Below, in pieces: positions 26,731 through 35,612 of a stretch of DNA of 64,000 nt (position 1 is the first letter of the stretch; each line of letters begins with the position of its first letter). The position numbers were made by a program, and so were the translations under genes. Source of the DNA: a virus (lineage: Duplodnaviria; Heunggongvirae; Uroviricota; Caudoviricetes). The notes below the pieces were generated by a model. That model was not told the origin of the DNA. It saw only the letters and a list, made by a program, of their open reading frames with translations, and searched no databases. The stretch is from the IMG/VR virus record IMGVR_UViG_3300027833_000012, positions 48,257 through 112,256 of that record; one strand, 5' to 3'.

Positions 26731-28227
26731 TTATTTTAAGTGCGGTTTAATTGCGAATGATATATAACATCCTACCATAAATCCAAGTGTTGATGGAATT
26801 GGGAAAACAACATCCTTACCGAACTTTGTCTTATATTTTTCTCTATTAAGTATTAAGCTATCAAATCTTTTAAAGATGTAATATGATAACCCTATTAAAA
26901 TATAGTTACCAGAAGCTACCATTGCAATTGCTAACCCACTTAATAGTCCATGAGTAAAGTTTATAATAGAGTGTTTTGAAACTGTCTTAATAGTTTCGTT
27001 AGCATCCATCATTTTTCTTTCTTTTTCTATAATTTTTTTAATTTTCATTTCTCTTTTTTTTAATTTAGGGTAAATATATGACCTTTTTTTAGTTCTACCA
27101 AATATTTTATCAATAAATTTATCTTTCTCTAACGTTTTGATAACATTACCTAATTCTGGCCCTGGTTTCAAGTCGTATTTCTCTAATACTTCACCCCCAG
27201 TTACTGTTAATTCAAAAACAATGAATGCATTAACAAAATTCTCATCAAGATTAATAAGTTTAGAAAACTTAACAATTTGTTTAGGTGTTAAACCAGACCT
27301 TTTTTGTTCTTTTTTCATAGAAGAAACTTCAAAAATAGATTTATCATTAACAAAGTTAGTAAATAGAATTAAGAATTTAATACCTCTTATTTCCTCACTA
27401 CTATATTTTAATTTATTTAACGTTTTAACAATATTTAAAATATTATTATCACGTAAAAGAACAGTTAACAATAATATTGGGTCACGTTCTTCAATTAAGA
27501 AATTATTGACCATTAACCCTTTAAAGATATCCTTGAATAAGCCAAATTTATTAGTTAAAGTTAAAAAGTGAGTTACTGATTTAGAAGTCTTAAGACCCTT
27601 AAGGAATTCATCTCTAATTCGCTCACCAGAAACACCTTCTAATGAAGAATCTTTAATTAAAGCTTGTTCGGTATCAGTATGAAGGTTTGAACCGAATCTA
27701 CCAGCAAATCTGATTGCCCTTAGTATTCTAAGTCTATCCTCATTAAATCTTTCTTCAGCTTTACCTACTGTTCTTACCACACCGTTTTTAATATCTTCAA
27801 CACCACCCACTAAATCAACGATTTCATTAGTATCTATGTCAAAAAATAGTGCATTAATTGTTAAGTCACGTCTTAATACATCCTTATCAATGGTTGTAAA
27901 TTCTACTGAATCTGGTCTTCTACCAGATGATAGGTCACTTCTGAATGTAGCAATTTCGAATTCATTTGAGTCAGTGAATACGTTAATTACACCGAATGAC
28001 TTACCCGTTGGTAGAGTTCTGATACCAGCTACCTCCATCATTTCTTCTACTTTATCTGGTGTTGCGTCTGTTGCTAAATCCCAATCTTTAATTGGTTTGT
28101 TTAAAATAGAATCACGAACAGCACCACCAACAATGTAAAGTTTAAAACCATTACTTAAGAAAATATCCTTAATGGTTAAAATATCCTTTGGGATTGGTAG
28201 GTTAAATTTAATTCTTTTTGTGTTCAT
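26731..28227 (-). CDS. cca: CCA-adding enzyme / tRNA nucleotidyltransferase (class II) with C-terminal membrane-helix extension
   Basis: YIVGGAVRD (GGxVRD) and DWDLATD motifs; C-terminal about 90 aa hydrophobic. Confidence 0.7.
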   Translation of the reverse strand: MNTKRIKFNLPIPKDILTIKDIFLSNGFKLYIVGGAVRDSILNKPIKDWDLATDATPDKVEEMMEVAGIRTLPTGKSFGVINVFTDSNEFEIATFRSDLSSGRRPDSVEFTTIDKDVLRRDLTINALFFDIDTNEIVDLVGGVEDIKNGVVRTVGKAEERFNEDRLRILRAIRFAGRFGSNLHTDTEQALIKDSSLEGVSGERIRDEFLKGLKTSKSVTHFLTLTNKFGLFKDIFKGLMVNNFLIEERDPILLLTVLLRDNNILNIVKTLNKLKYSSEEIRGIKFLILFTNFVNDKSIFEVSSMKKEQKRSGLTPKQIVKFSKLINLDENFVNAFIVFELTVTGGEVLEKYDLKPGPELGNVIKTLEKDKFIDKIFGRTKKRSYIYPKLKKREMKIKKIIEKERKMMDANETIKTVSKHSIINFTHGLLSGLAIAMVASGNYILIGLSYYIFKRFDSLILNREKYKTKFGKDVVFPIPSTLGFMVGCYISFAIKPHLK

Positions 28228-28250
28228 AACTACTTTATTTAATTGTTAGA

Positions 28251-28262
28251 GTGCAAATATAG
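28251..28262 (-). promoter_or_regulatory. -7 promoter element (rc TACTATATTTGC)
   Basis: gcaaatatagta, 25-36 nt upstream of the cca start. Confidence 0.4.
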
Positions 28263-28387
28263 TAAATTATATTTAATAAAACAAAATTATTTAGCTAAAT
28301 TTCTTTTAATTAGTGTTTGTAGGTCATTAATATCCTTAGCTATGAAGTCAAATGTAAGTAAAATTTATATAATTAACAAATAAATTG

Positions 28388-28795
28388 TTAAATTTTTATA
28401 ACATAGGCAATAATAAAGGTATCACCTGATAAGATTCTAGATGTTATCCTATGGTGACCATCAATAGCATAATAAGTATCACCAATTAATATTAATGTTG
28501 CATTTGTGTCTTTACCAACACCCTTAACTTTATCTAAATTATTTAATGATATAAATCTTTGTGTAGGTGCAATATCTTTAAGATTAACTTGTTGTTTATC
28601 AGCATTTGATAAGTTATTTATTTTATCTTCAACTGAATTTACCTTGGCGTTAAAATCTGAATTATATGATGTCCCATGTGGGTTAGGTTTAGCAAATATT
28701 ACTCTAGTCCTAACTTTAGATTGACCATTAAATAATTTATCAACATTACTATCATATAAACCCTCTTTAAGTAATTTTTTAATTAAACTTTTCAT
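28388..28795 (-). CDS. leader-A family protein with ParB/Srx-like nuclease domain
   Basis: MKSLIKKLLKEGL leader; IDGHHR motif. Confidence 0.5.
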   Translation of the reverse strand: MKSLIKKLLKEGLYDSNVDKLFNGQSKVRTRVIFAKPNPHGTSYNSDFNAKVNSVEDKINNLSNADKQQVNLKDIAPTQRFISLNNLDKVKGVGKDTNATLILIGDTYYAIDGHHRITSRILSGDTFIIAYVIKI

Positions 28796-28796
28796 A

Positions 28797-29981
28797 TTAT
28801 TTTATATTAAACATGTTAGATTCATCTTCTCTCCTAGATTTATGACCTTCATAACTAACATTAGTTGTTTTTATTTTTTCCTTAGCTTCTTTATACTTAC
28901 CATTCTTTACTAATTGTATAAATTCTGTATTTCTAAAACCTTGTCTACCCATATTAAAGGCCATGGATGTCATAGCATCATACATACCTTGTGTTATATC
29001 AAATTCAATACCCTTATTTTTCCAATCTTCCAATATATCATCAATAGTAGCTTTAGCCTTACTTAAATCTTGTTTAAATAATTCATTAGCGGTTTTAATA
29101 TCTATTTTTTGATTTTTCTTAAAGCTTGAAGATTTAATTGGTTCAGCATGTCCCCAACCAACGGTAACTTTACCATCACCCAATTCATATGCTCTTAAAA
29201 CTGGTTCACCCTTTCTCTTAGCCGAACCTTCATGATTTTTAAGCATATTTATTAAATTCGAAGATACTTTATTTGGAGTATTAAATTTTGTGTCAACAAC
29301 ATCCTTAATATTTGTTTTTAAAGAATTTGTATCAACTTTTTTGCTAGGTACCTTTATTTCTTTAGAATCTAAAGCATTACCCATATCACCTATTAAATTA
29401 TTAAAGGAAGTTAAGCCTATAACACCAATTAAGGTTGTTATAGCATACTTCTTCAACTTCTTTTTTATATTTTTGGGTAATCTATCACTTTTATTATTTA
29501 ATGCGTTTAAATAGCTCTTAGCATCTTCTTCACTACTTATATCATTAACTGATTTATCGATATTATCCTTAGCAACCTCCCAGGATATTGTTGGAGATGA
29601 ATCGTCTGAATCGTAATCAAATTGACTTACAGCTTCGTTTAAAAATTTATTCTCATATAATGGTAAATCTTTATGTTTAAACTTTGCACCTAGGTCGGTT
29701 TTCATTGATGGTACATATTGATATTCAGGGAATTCATTCTTTATGTATTTAACCATCCTTGAACCTAAACCTTGTCTCCTTAATTCTGGTCTAACTCCAA
29801 TATCACTTATTGTTATTTCACCATCATAAAGTACATATTCAGTAACACCAACTAGTTCACCATTTAATGATAATTCTAGTTGGTAGTTATGTTGGTCAGA
29901 ATATGAATCCATATGTCTGTTATAATATGTTATTTTACCTTCAAGTTCTTCTCTAAGTAATTTTTTTATAAAACCTCTCAT
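28797..29981 (-). CDS. leader-A family protein: GNAT acetyltransferase plus C-terminal lysozyme (GH24-like) fusion
   Basis: MRGFIKKLLREELE leader; GNAT motif RRQGLGSRM; C terminus DAMTSMAFNMGRQGF...KEAKEKI resembles the T4 lysozyme NMVFQMGETG region. Confidence 0.6.
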   Translation of the reverse strand: MRGFIKKLLREELEGKITYYNRHMDSYSDQHNYQLELSLNGELVGVTEYVLYDGEITISDIGVRPELRRQGLGSRMVKYIKNEFPEYQYVPSMKTDLGAKFKHKDLPLYENKFLNEAVSQFDYDSDDSSPTISWEVAKDNIDKSVNDISSEEDAKSYLNALNNKSDRLPKNIKKKLKKYAITTLIGVIGLTSFNNLIGDMGNALDSKEIKVPSKKVDTNSLKTNIKDVVDTKFNTPNKVSSNLINMLKNHEGSAKRKGEPVLRAYELGDGKVTVGWGHAEPIKSSSFKKNQKIDIKTANELFKQDLSKAKATIDDILEDWKNKGIEFDITQGMYDAMTSMAFNMGRQGFRNTEFIQLVKNGKYKEAKEKIKTTNVSYEGHKSRREDESNMFNIK

Positions 29982-29982
29982 T

Positions 29983-31128
29983 TTAATGTACTGCTAAAAA
30001 TGTCTTGTGTACATCCTTACGTTGTGCACTTATATCTGTATCACCAGTAGGTAACACTATCACATCATATTGTAAAGGTTTACCTTCATTAGGTGGTAAT
30101 TCATCATGATATTTTATTCTATTTATATCGATATTATAAGAGTCAGATACTCTTTTTCTAAGTTCTTCTTTTCCCCCATCAACAAATATAGGTAACCCTT
30201 TTTCATCCTTAACATAGTGAGGACCTTTTTTCTCAAAAATGTCGTTAAATAACTTCTTTGGAATTATGTCGGAATATTTGTTTTTATCTAAATCAACTAA
30301 TTTTAATTCTTTTGGTGCTGAACCCTTAGAGAAGTTCATAATGAAATCATCACTAGCTAGGTTAACAAATTTAGCTTGTTTAGTGTAAGCATATGATTTA
30401 ACATCAAAACCAGCATTAACCAAATCTTCAGTAACTTTCTTTGCTATATCAAAATACTTTTGACTAAAGAAATCACCAGCATCATTCCACCTCATAACTA
30501 ATTTAGGTACTGAACCACTTCTTCTACCTTGTCTTTTTAATTTGAAGGCTAGAGGTTCTAATTCATCCATAATCATATTGTAGTATTCTTCTGGGTCATT
30601 CATTAATAAGTTAAGTCTTCTAATCAATTTAAGAACTTTACCATCATTCATACCATAGAAACCTTTTCTAGCATAACAAACTAGTTGACAAGAACCAGCA
30701 CCTGGACAAGTATTTATGTGGTAAAATTTATCACCAGCTTCATCATATATGATACCCTTTATGGCTGGTAAACCAGTATTAACTGTCATTTGTTCACCAC
30801 CATCATCACTCTTCTCCATCTTAGGGTTTTGGTCGAATATTCGTTTAGGTGGTGTAGTTATTAATTCTTTAAATTTAGCCACATCTAATTCACCATCACC
30901 AGTTAAATTCTTTTCAATTTGTTTTCTAGTTAAAATAGCATCCTTAGTACCACGCTTATCTCTATCTTTAGAAGATTGATTAAGCCTGTCTAATTCCTTA
31001 TTCATATCATTAGCTAATTGTTGTGGTGAAACACAACTTGCCTTAGTATCTGAAAAATCACCTTCCCAATCAACCTCATTAATTAAGTTTAAACTTTCTC
31101 TAAGTAACCCCTTTATAAATTTTTTCAT
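29983..31128 (-). CDS. leader-A family protein (MKKFIKGLLRESLN...), function unknown
   Basis: ORF track starts 17 codons upstream at 31179; the internal Met gives the conserved leader; Cys cluster CPGAGSCQLVC. Confidence 0.5.
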   Translation of the reverse strand: MKKFIKGLLRESLNLINEVDWEGDFSDTKASCVSPQQLANDMNKELDRLNQSSKDRDKRGTKDAILTRKQIEKNLTGDGELDVAKFKELITTPPKRIFDQNPKMEKSDDGGEQMTVNTGLPAIKGIIYDEAGDKFYHINTCPGAGSCQLVCYARKGFYGMNDGKVLKLIRRLNLLMNDPEEYYNMIMDELEPLAFKLKRQGRRSGSVPKLVMRWNDAGDFFSQKYFDIAKKVTEDLVNAGFDVKSYAYTKQAKFVNLASDDFIMNFSKGSAPKELKLVDLDKNKYSDIIPKKLFNDIFEKKGPHYVKDEKGLPIFVDGGKEELRKRVSDSYNIDINRIKYHDELPPNEGKPLQYDVIVLPTGDTDISAQRKDVHKTFLAVH

Positions 31129-31165
31129 ATTAATAACTTTATTTACATATAAATATCTATTAAAC

Positions 31166-31200
31166 ACAAAAAAACCCAATAGTTTTACCTATTGGGTTTA
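31166..31200. terminator. hairpin terminator
   Basis: aaacccaatagttttacctattgggttt. Confidence 0.5.
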
Positions 31201-31283
31201 TAGTTCGTGTACCTATCCATTACGTTCAGTGACTACACTTTACCATTACTAAATTGTTTACTGAAACAACAACCGTTCACACA

Positions 31284-32690
31284 CTATTTATCTTTGTTAG
31301 TTAATTGCATTAACATAAGAGTTTCATTTGAAATACTTGAACTTCCTTTACCATCACCACCAACAATCATAGTATTAGGTACAGCTCTTTTAGCTCTAGC
31401 TTCTTCTTTAGCAACCTCAGCATTTAATTCCATTTCTAATCTCTTTTCTGGCGTAATACCCGCTTGAACTTTCTTTTTAATTTCATAAGACTCAGCATCT
31501 GCCATAACTCTAACTCTTTGTGCTTGTTTTTTAGCAGCCGCAAGTAAATTAGTTTCTTCCTGTTCTTTATAAGACGCTTCTTTAGCTTTAGTGTCAGCCG
31601 AAATAGTTTTTTCTAATTGGATTTTTTCTAATTTAACCCTAGTTTCAGCTTTTTCACGCTCACCCTTAGCAATTGCCTTTTGTGTTGCATAATATTCTTT
31701 CTCAGCTTCTTGTTTTTCAAGTTGAGTCTGGGCTACTTGTTCTTTTTGGTCAGTTAACCTCTCATCAAAGCTTTTTTCCCAATCAATATTAGTTACAGCC
31801 GCTTGTTGAACTGTTAAACCATACCTCTTTAATGAATTAGAACTATCTCTAATTGGGTCACCATTACTATCTCTTCTAATTCTATATTTCTTTTCACGTT
31901 TATTACCATTACTAACTTTACCCTTGGCAACTGTTTTTGTTGTATCATTCGCAACTATTGAAACTTCTTCAATGTCTGAATAAACTTCTTCGGTTAAATA
32001 CATACCGTTTTCCATTTGGTCTTTTAAGTAATAATCGAATTGAGAAGATGCTCCAGAAATATAATCTTGTGCATCCATTAATTTACATGTATTCTTTAAC
32101 GCTTGTTCATAAACTGGGTATATCCTAGCCTTAACTAATTTGAGTTCACTTCTATTTTTATCCACCATAGTTAAAAAACCTTCTTCATCTGAATAATTAA
32201 TAGAAACAATTAAAGATGCGGCAACATCAGCCTTAATTGCATCAGCAAACTCCCTTTGCTGGGCTTTTCGAAAGTAAATCCCCTCACTTTCTGGTAATGG
32301 CATAAATTTACCATCTTCATCTTTTTCTAGGATTACATCTTGCATTGCAATTTCAAAAGATACTGGTATTGTATTCCCCCAGAATTTTAATTTTAACCCT
32401 TGTGTTGTTACGGCTTTATCACCACCCCATAAATACTGAATTGATGTTGCTGTTCCAGACTTATTGATGAAGAACATACCACTAATACACATTAAAAATA
32501 CACCTAAACCAACAAACATAAGTGTTTTTTTACCAGTGTAATTTAATAAAAAAGGTGGGCTCGCCCTTAAGGTTATTTTTTCACCAAAACGATTAGTGGA
32601 AACCACATCTTCTTCCCTTAAGTTGATAAATTTTGTTACTACATATAAAGCAACCGATAATAGAATAATTAATACTCCTAATACTGTCAT
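31284..32690 (-). CDS. SPFH/band-7 (flotillin-like) membrane protein
   Basis: N-terminal TM helices; long EA/KE-rich coiled coil typical of flotillin/HflK. Confidence 0.5.
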   Translation of the reverse strand: MTVLGVLIILLSVALYVVTKFINLREEDVVSTNRFGEKITLRASPPFLLNYTGKKTLMFVGLGVFLMCISGMFFINKSGTATSIQYLWGGDKAVTTQGLKLKFWGNTIPVSFEIAMQDVILEKDEDGKFMPLPESEGIYFRKAQQREFADAIKADVAASLIVSINYSDEEGFLTMVDKNRSELKLVKARIYPVYEQALKNTCKLMDAQDYISGASSQFDYYLKDQMENGMYLTEEVYSDIEEVSIVANDTTKTVAKGKVSNGNKREKKYRIRRDSNGDPIRDSSNSLKRYGLTVQQAAVTNIDWEKSFDERLTDQKEQVAQTQLEKQEAEKEYYATQKAIAKGEREKAETRVKLEKIQLEKTISADTKAKEASYKEQEETNLLAAAKKQAQRVRVMADAESYEIKKKVQAGITPEKRLEMELNAEVAKEEARAKRAVPNTMIVGGDGKGSSSISNETLMLMQLTNKDK

Positions 32691-32728
32691 AATTTTTTTT
32701 TTATTTATTAATATTTAATTTATTGATT

Positions 32729-32738
32729 ACAAATATAC
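32729..32738 (-). promoter_or_regulatory. -7 promoter element acaaatatac (rc GTATATTTGT)
   Basis: Conserved intergenic motif 38 nt upstream of the 32690 start. Confidence 0.4.
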
Positions 32739-32772
32739 AACCTTTTTTCAATACTCACAAGTATTTTTTAAT

Positions 32773-33063
32773 TTATTTTACTTCATTAGGGAAATCTGGT
32801 AATTTTCTCCAATGCGTATATGGTAAATGTGCTTCTTCTGTACCAGTAGGGCCAGCCATCCAACATTGTTTTTCCTTATTCCACCAAGCGGTATCCATAG
32901 TCCAACCACAATCATAAGTATCACAAGCCGCTAATACAACTTCATGAGGTGGTTTTTGTTTTGAAAATTCTACCCAAGGTGATGGTGTGGGTACTATTGG
33001 TATTTCTTTAATAACTTCTACTATAACTTCCTTTTCTCTAAATAACCTACTTAACCAACTCAT
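32773..33063 (-). CDS. hypothetical protein
   Basis: 96 aa; Trp/Cys-rich. Confidence 0.4.
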   Translation of the reverse strand: MSWLSRLFREKEVIVEVIKEIPIVPTPSPWVEFSKQKPPHEVVLAACDTYDCGWTMDTAWWNKEKQCWMAGPTGTEEAHLPYTHWRKLPDFPNEVK

Positions 33064-33350
33064 ATTTTACTTTCTTTAATTTCAATTAATTCATATTCAA
33101 CAACAACCCAATCTTCTTTACTTGTAATCAAATAATTTCCAAATTGATTAGTTTCAATCTTTTTTAAATTAAATTTTTTAATTAAAGTTTCAGAAATATT
33201 TACACCTTCTGTATGTAAATATTTTGGGTATTGATGTGTTTCATATAATTTACCTCTAGTGCCAAGATTTGACTTATCTTTAGACCATCTACCCTTAACG
33301 GGTTGGTAAAATAACCCCGTAGGTTTATGTCTTAGTTTGTATACTATCAT
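33060..33350 (-). CDS. hypothetical protein
   Basis: 96 aa. Confidence 0.4.
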   Translation of the reverse strand: MIVYKLRHKPTGLFYQPVKGRWSKDKSNLGTRGKLYETHQYPKYLHTEGVNISETLIKKFNLKKIETNQFGNYLITSKEDWVVVEYELIEIKESKI

Positions 33351-33619
33351 AATAAAGCTTCTAAATAAATTGACTTATGTGGTTTACTTAAACCTTTTAC
33401 AATATCGACAATATCAGTAAATGATTTTGTGATATCATTAGTTTCTGAACATTCATTATGAATTTCTATATTACCACCATCCATGATTCGACAAAAATTG
33501 TATTCACATTTCTTATCAATTTCTTTCTCTAATAAAGTGAAATAGTCTTCTTTATTTGTCTCAGGTAATAAGACAACTATAACACTAAACGCTTGTACTC
33601 CTTCTTGTATTTTTAACAT
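33347..33619 (-). CDS. hypothetical protein
   Basis: 90 aa. Confidence 0.4.
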   Translation of the reverse strand: MLKIQEGVQAFSVIVVLLPETNKEDYFTLLEKEIDKKCEYNFCRIMDGGNIEIHNECSETNDITKSFTDIVDIVKGLSKPHKSIYLEALL

Positions 33620-34497
33620 ATTAAACTTAAATTTCTAAATTCTTTAATTAACTCATTTAAATCACCATTATTATTTATAACATAGTCAAACTCATAATCA
33701 TCTAATGCTATTTCTGAAGGGTGATTCAATTTTTCACTCATTTCTTTATCATGACCCAATAACCAAGCTAGAATCCCACCAGAATAACTTAAATATTTAT
33801 TAGAAGAAGCATAAAGTTTCCATAACTTAGGAAATCTTAAATCAATAGGTCTTTCAACCCTAATTAAAATGCCACCCCTATCTTTAATAGCTTGAGCTTC
33901 GTTAGGAAATCTAACATCTGTTATTATCCATTTAGGTTTAATCAAATCAAAACCTTGTTGAGGAGGGTTACTTAATAATAAAGTATTATTATTAATTTTT
34001 ACAGCTTTATAATCAGCAAATAAAGCCTTTACCCAAATATCTGGGTGTATAATTTGTCTACCACATTCAGTACCTATAAGTTGCATGATTTTTCTAGGTG
34101 TTAGTTTAACTAATGTTACTTCTTCCTCGTTTTTAGGGAATCCATCGTTATAATTAAATTTAAAACCATTACCTTCTTCATAATACCACCACTCTTCACC
34201 AAGTTCTTTTTCCTTGAAAACTCTATCTTCTAATTGTTCTCTAGTGCAACCAATAAGTATACAAACAATATCTTTAAGTTTATCACCATATTTCTTGTTT
34301 AAGAAACCATCAGACCTTGTATAACTAATATTGGGGTTGAATTCCCCTCTTAGTTGGTCTGTAAAATGAGAATCATCATCCTTATAATTAAGAAGTAGTA
34401 ATTCCCTAGCGATTATTTGACCTAGAGTATCTTTACCAGAACCTATCTTCCCACTAATACCTATTAAATTTGGTATTGTTTTTGTTTTTTTATCCAT
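33613..34497 (-). CDS. deoxynucleoside monophosphate kinase (T4 gene 1-like)
   Basis: LIGISGKIGSGKDT ~ T4 FLSGVKRSGKDT; WIITDVRFPNEAQAIKDRGGILIRVERP ~ T4 YIVPDTRQDHEMDAARAMGATVIHVVRP. Confidence 0.75.
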   Translation of the reverse strand: MDKKTKTIPNLIGISGKIGSGKDTLGQIIARELLLLNYKDDDSHFTDQLRGEFNPNISYTRSDGFLNKKYGDKLKDIVCILIGCTREQLEDRVFKEKELGEEWWYYEEGNGFKFNYNDGFPKNEEEVTLVKLTPRKIMQLIGTECGRQIIHPDIWVKALFADYKAVKINNNTLLLSNPPQQGFDLIKPKWIITDVRFPNEAQAIKDRGGILIRVERPIDLRFPKLWKLYASSNKYLSYSGGILAWLLGHDKEMSEKLNHPSEIALDDYEFDYVINNNGDLNELIKEFRNLSLIC

Positions 34498-34511
34498 AAA
34501 CTTTTATTTAT

Positions 34512-34521
34512 ACAAATATAC
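34512..34521 (-). promoter_or_regulatory. -7 promoter element acaaatatac
   Basis: 14 nt upstream of the ATG at 34497. Confidence 0.4.
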
Positions 34522-34780
34522 TACTTTCATTTTAAAATAACAACAATAAAAAAACCTAACACAATGTGCTAGGTTTTAATTATTTTCAGAAAGATGTTTT
34601 TAGTTTTCCATACTGTTAAAATTGCTGAATTCTTTCTTTATTAATCATTTTCAGGTTAGTGTTTGTTAAAATGTATAAAATTTTCCTAGTGTAAATTGCT
34701 GAAACTAACCTTTATTTTTTTGTGACAAAATACCAAAGTCTCACATGACAAAGATACTAATAATTTACATTAATGTCAAG

Positions 34781-35017
34781 TTATTTTTTAACTTTATTTG
34801 TTAATGCAAAATCATCTGTATATTCTTCTATTATAATATAAATGTCAATCGAATCACTAACATTGTGTATGACATTTACAACTCTATAATATACCCCTTC
34901 ACTCTTTAAATAAATTAATTCATGTGTTCTAGGAATAAATTTTAATTTAACATTTTCCAACTTAACTTCCCATTTTTCATTTAAAAATGAAATTCTACTT
35001 TTATTAAATAACCCCAT
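34781..35017 (-). CDS. hypothetical protein
   Basis: 78 aa. Confidence 0.35.
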   Translation of the reverse strand: MGLFNKSRISFLNEKWEVKLENVKLKFIPRTHELIYLKSEGVYYRVVNVIHNVSDSIDIYIIIEEYTDDFALTNKVKK

Positions 35018-35139
35018 ATCTATGTTTTACCTTAAAATAACATAAATTTATTAAAAAATAAAGTTATAATATTTATAATTTAATATAATATCATTATATT
35101 TATTAATAAATAACAAAGTTAAATAAAAAACAGATATAT

Positions 35140-35262
35140 TATGGGATGTTCGTGTAAAAACAAAAAAAACAAAAAAACTAACACAAATACTAACAGTGTT
35201 AATTCTAAAAGTAAAACTACAATAAAGGTAGATACTTCAAAGAAACCAGGAAATAAAAAGTA
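35140..35262 (+). CDS. 40-aa basic miniprotein MGCSCKNKKNKK... (not in ORF track)
   Basis: Plus-strand ATG with a hairpin terminator immediately downstream (35263-35293). Confidence 0.25.
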
Positions 35263-35293
35263 ATAAAAAACCCACTTAATAGTGGGTTTTTTC
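35263..35293. terminator. hairpin terminator aacccacttaatagtgggtt plus T-run
   Basis: Near-identical hairpin recurs at 36435-36456. Confidence 0.55.
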
Positions 35294-35301
35294 AGTTTTA
35301 A

Positions 35302-35532
35302 TTAGTTTTCACTCTTTCTCCTAAATGTTTTGAACACAGATGCCCCTAACATTGAACCAGCAAATATCAACATAGAATCAAACATGTCGTTATTTATGTC
35401 GTAAAAATCAAAACCATCAACTACAAAGGCTATAAATGTTAATAGCCCAGCTAAGATACCCATAGTTTTTTTTGATGAAAATTTTTCATCAGATTTGTCT
35501 TCCGTAAAAATGTCTTTAATAAATTGTTTCAT
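35302..35532 (-). CDS. small membrane protein
   Basis: 76 aa; two TM helices. Confidence 0.4.
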   Translation of the reverse strand: MKQFIKDIFTEDKSDEKFSSKKTMGILAGLLTFIAFVVDGFDFYDINNDMFDSMLIFAGSMLGASVFKTFRRKSEN

Positions 35533-35561
35533 AATGTTTGTTTAATGATAAATACCCTTAA

Positions 35562-35596
35562 AACAAATAAAGCTCCCAATTTGGGAGCTTTATTTT
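35562..35596. terminator. hairpin terminator aaagctcccaatttgggagcttt
   Basis: Perfect 10-bp stem, flanking T-run. Confidence 0.55.
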
Positions 35597-35612
35597 AACA
35601 ATATAAAATAAA

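Noticed and set aside
28388-28795. HGT tripeptide suggested a Tpt1/KptA 2'-phosphotransferase, which would complete a Trl1-type pathway
   Set aside because: The rest of the protein lacks the Tpt1 R-H-R-R motifs. The DGHHR motif indicates a ParB/Srx-like fold instead.
34505-34512. Exact T4 late-promoter consensus TATAAATA on the coding strand upstream of the dNMP kinase gene
   Set aside because: It ends only 7 nt before the ATG, leaving no room for a TSS and ribosome-binding site. In this AT-rich DNA the octamer is probably chance. The recurring conserved element is TAGTATATTTGT just upstream of it.
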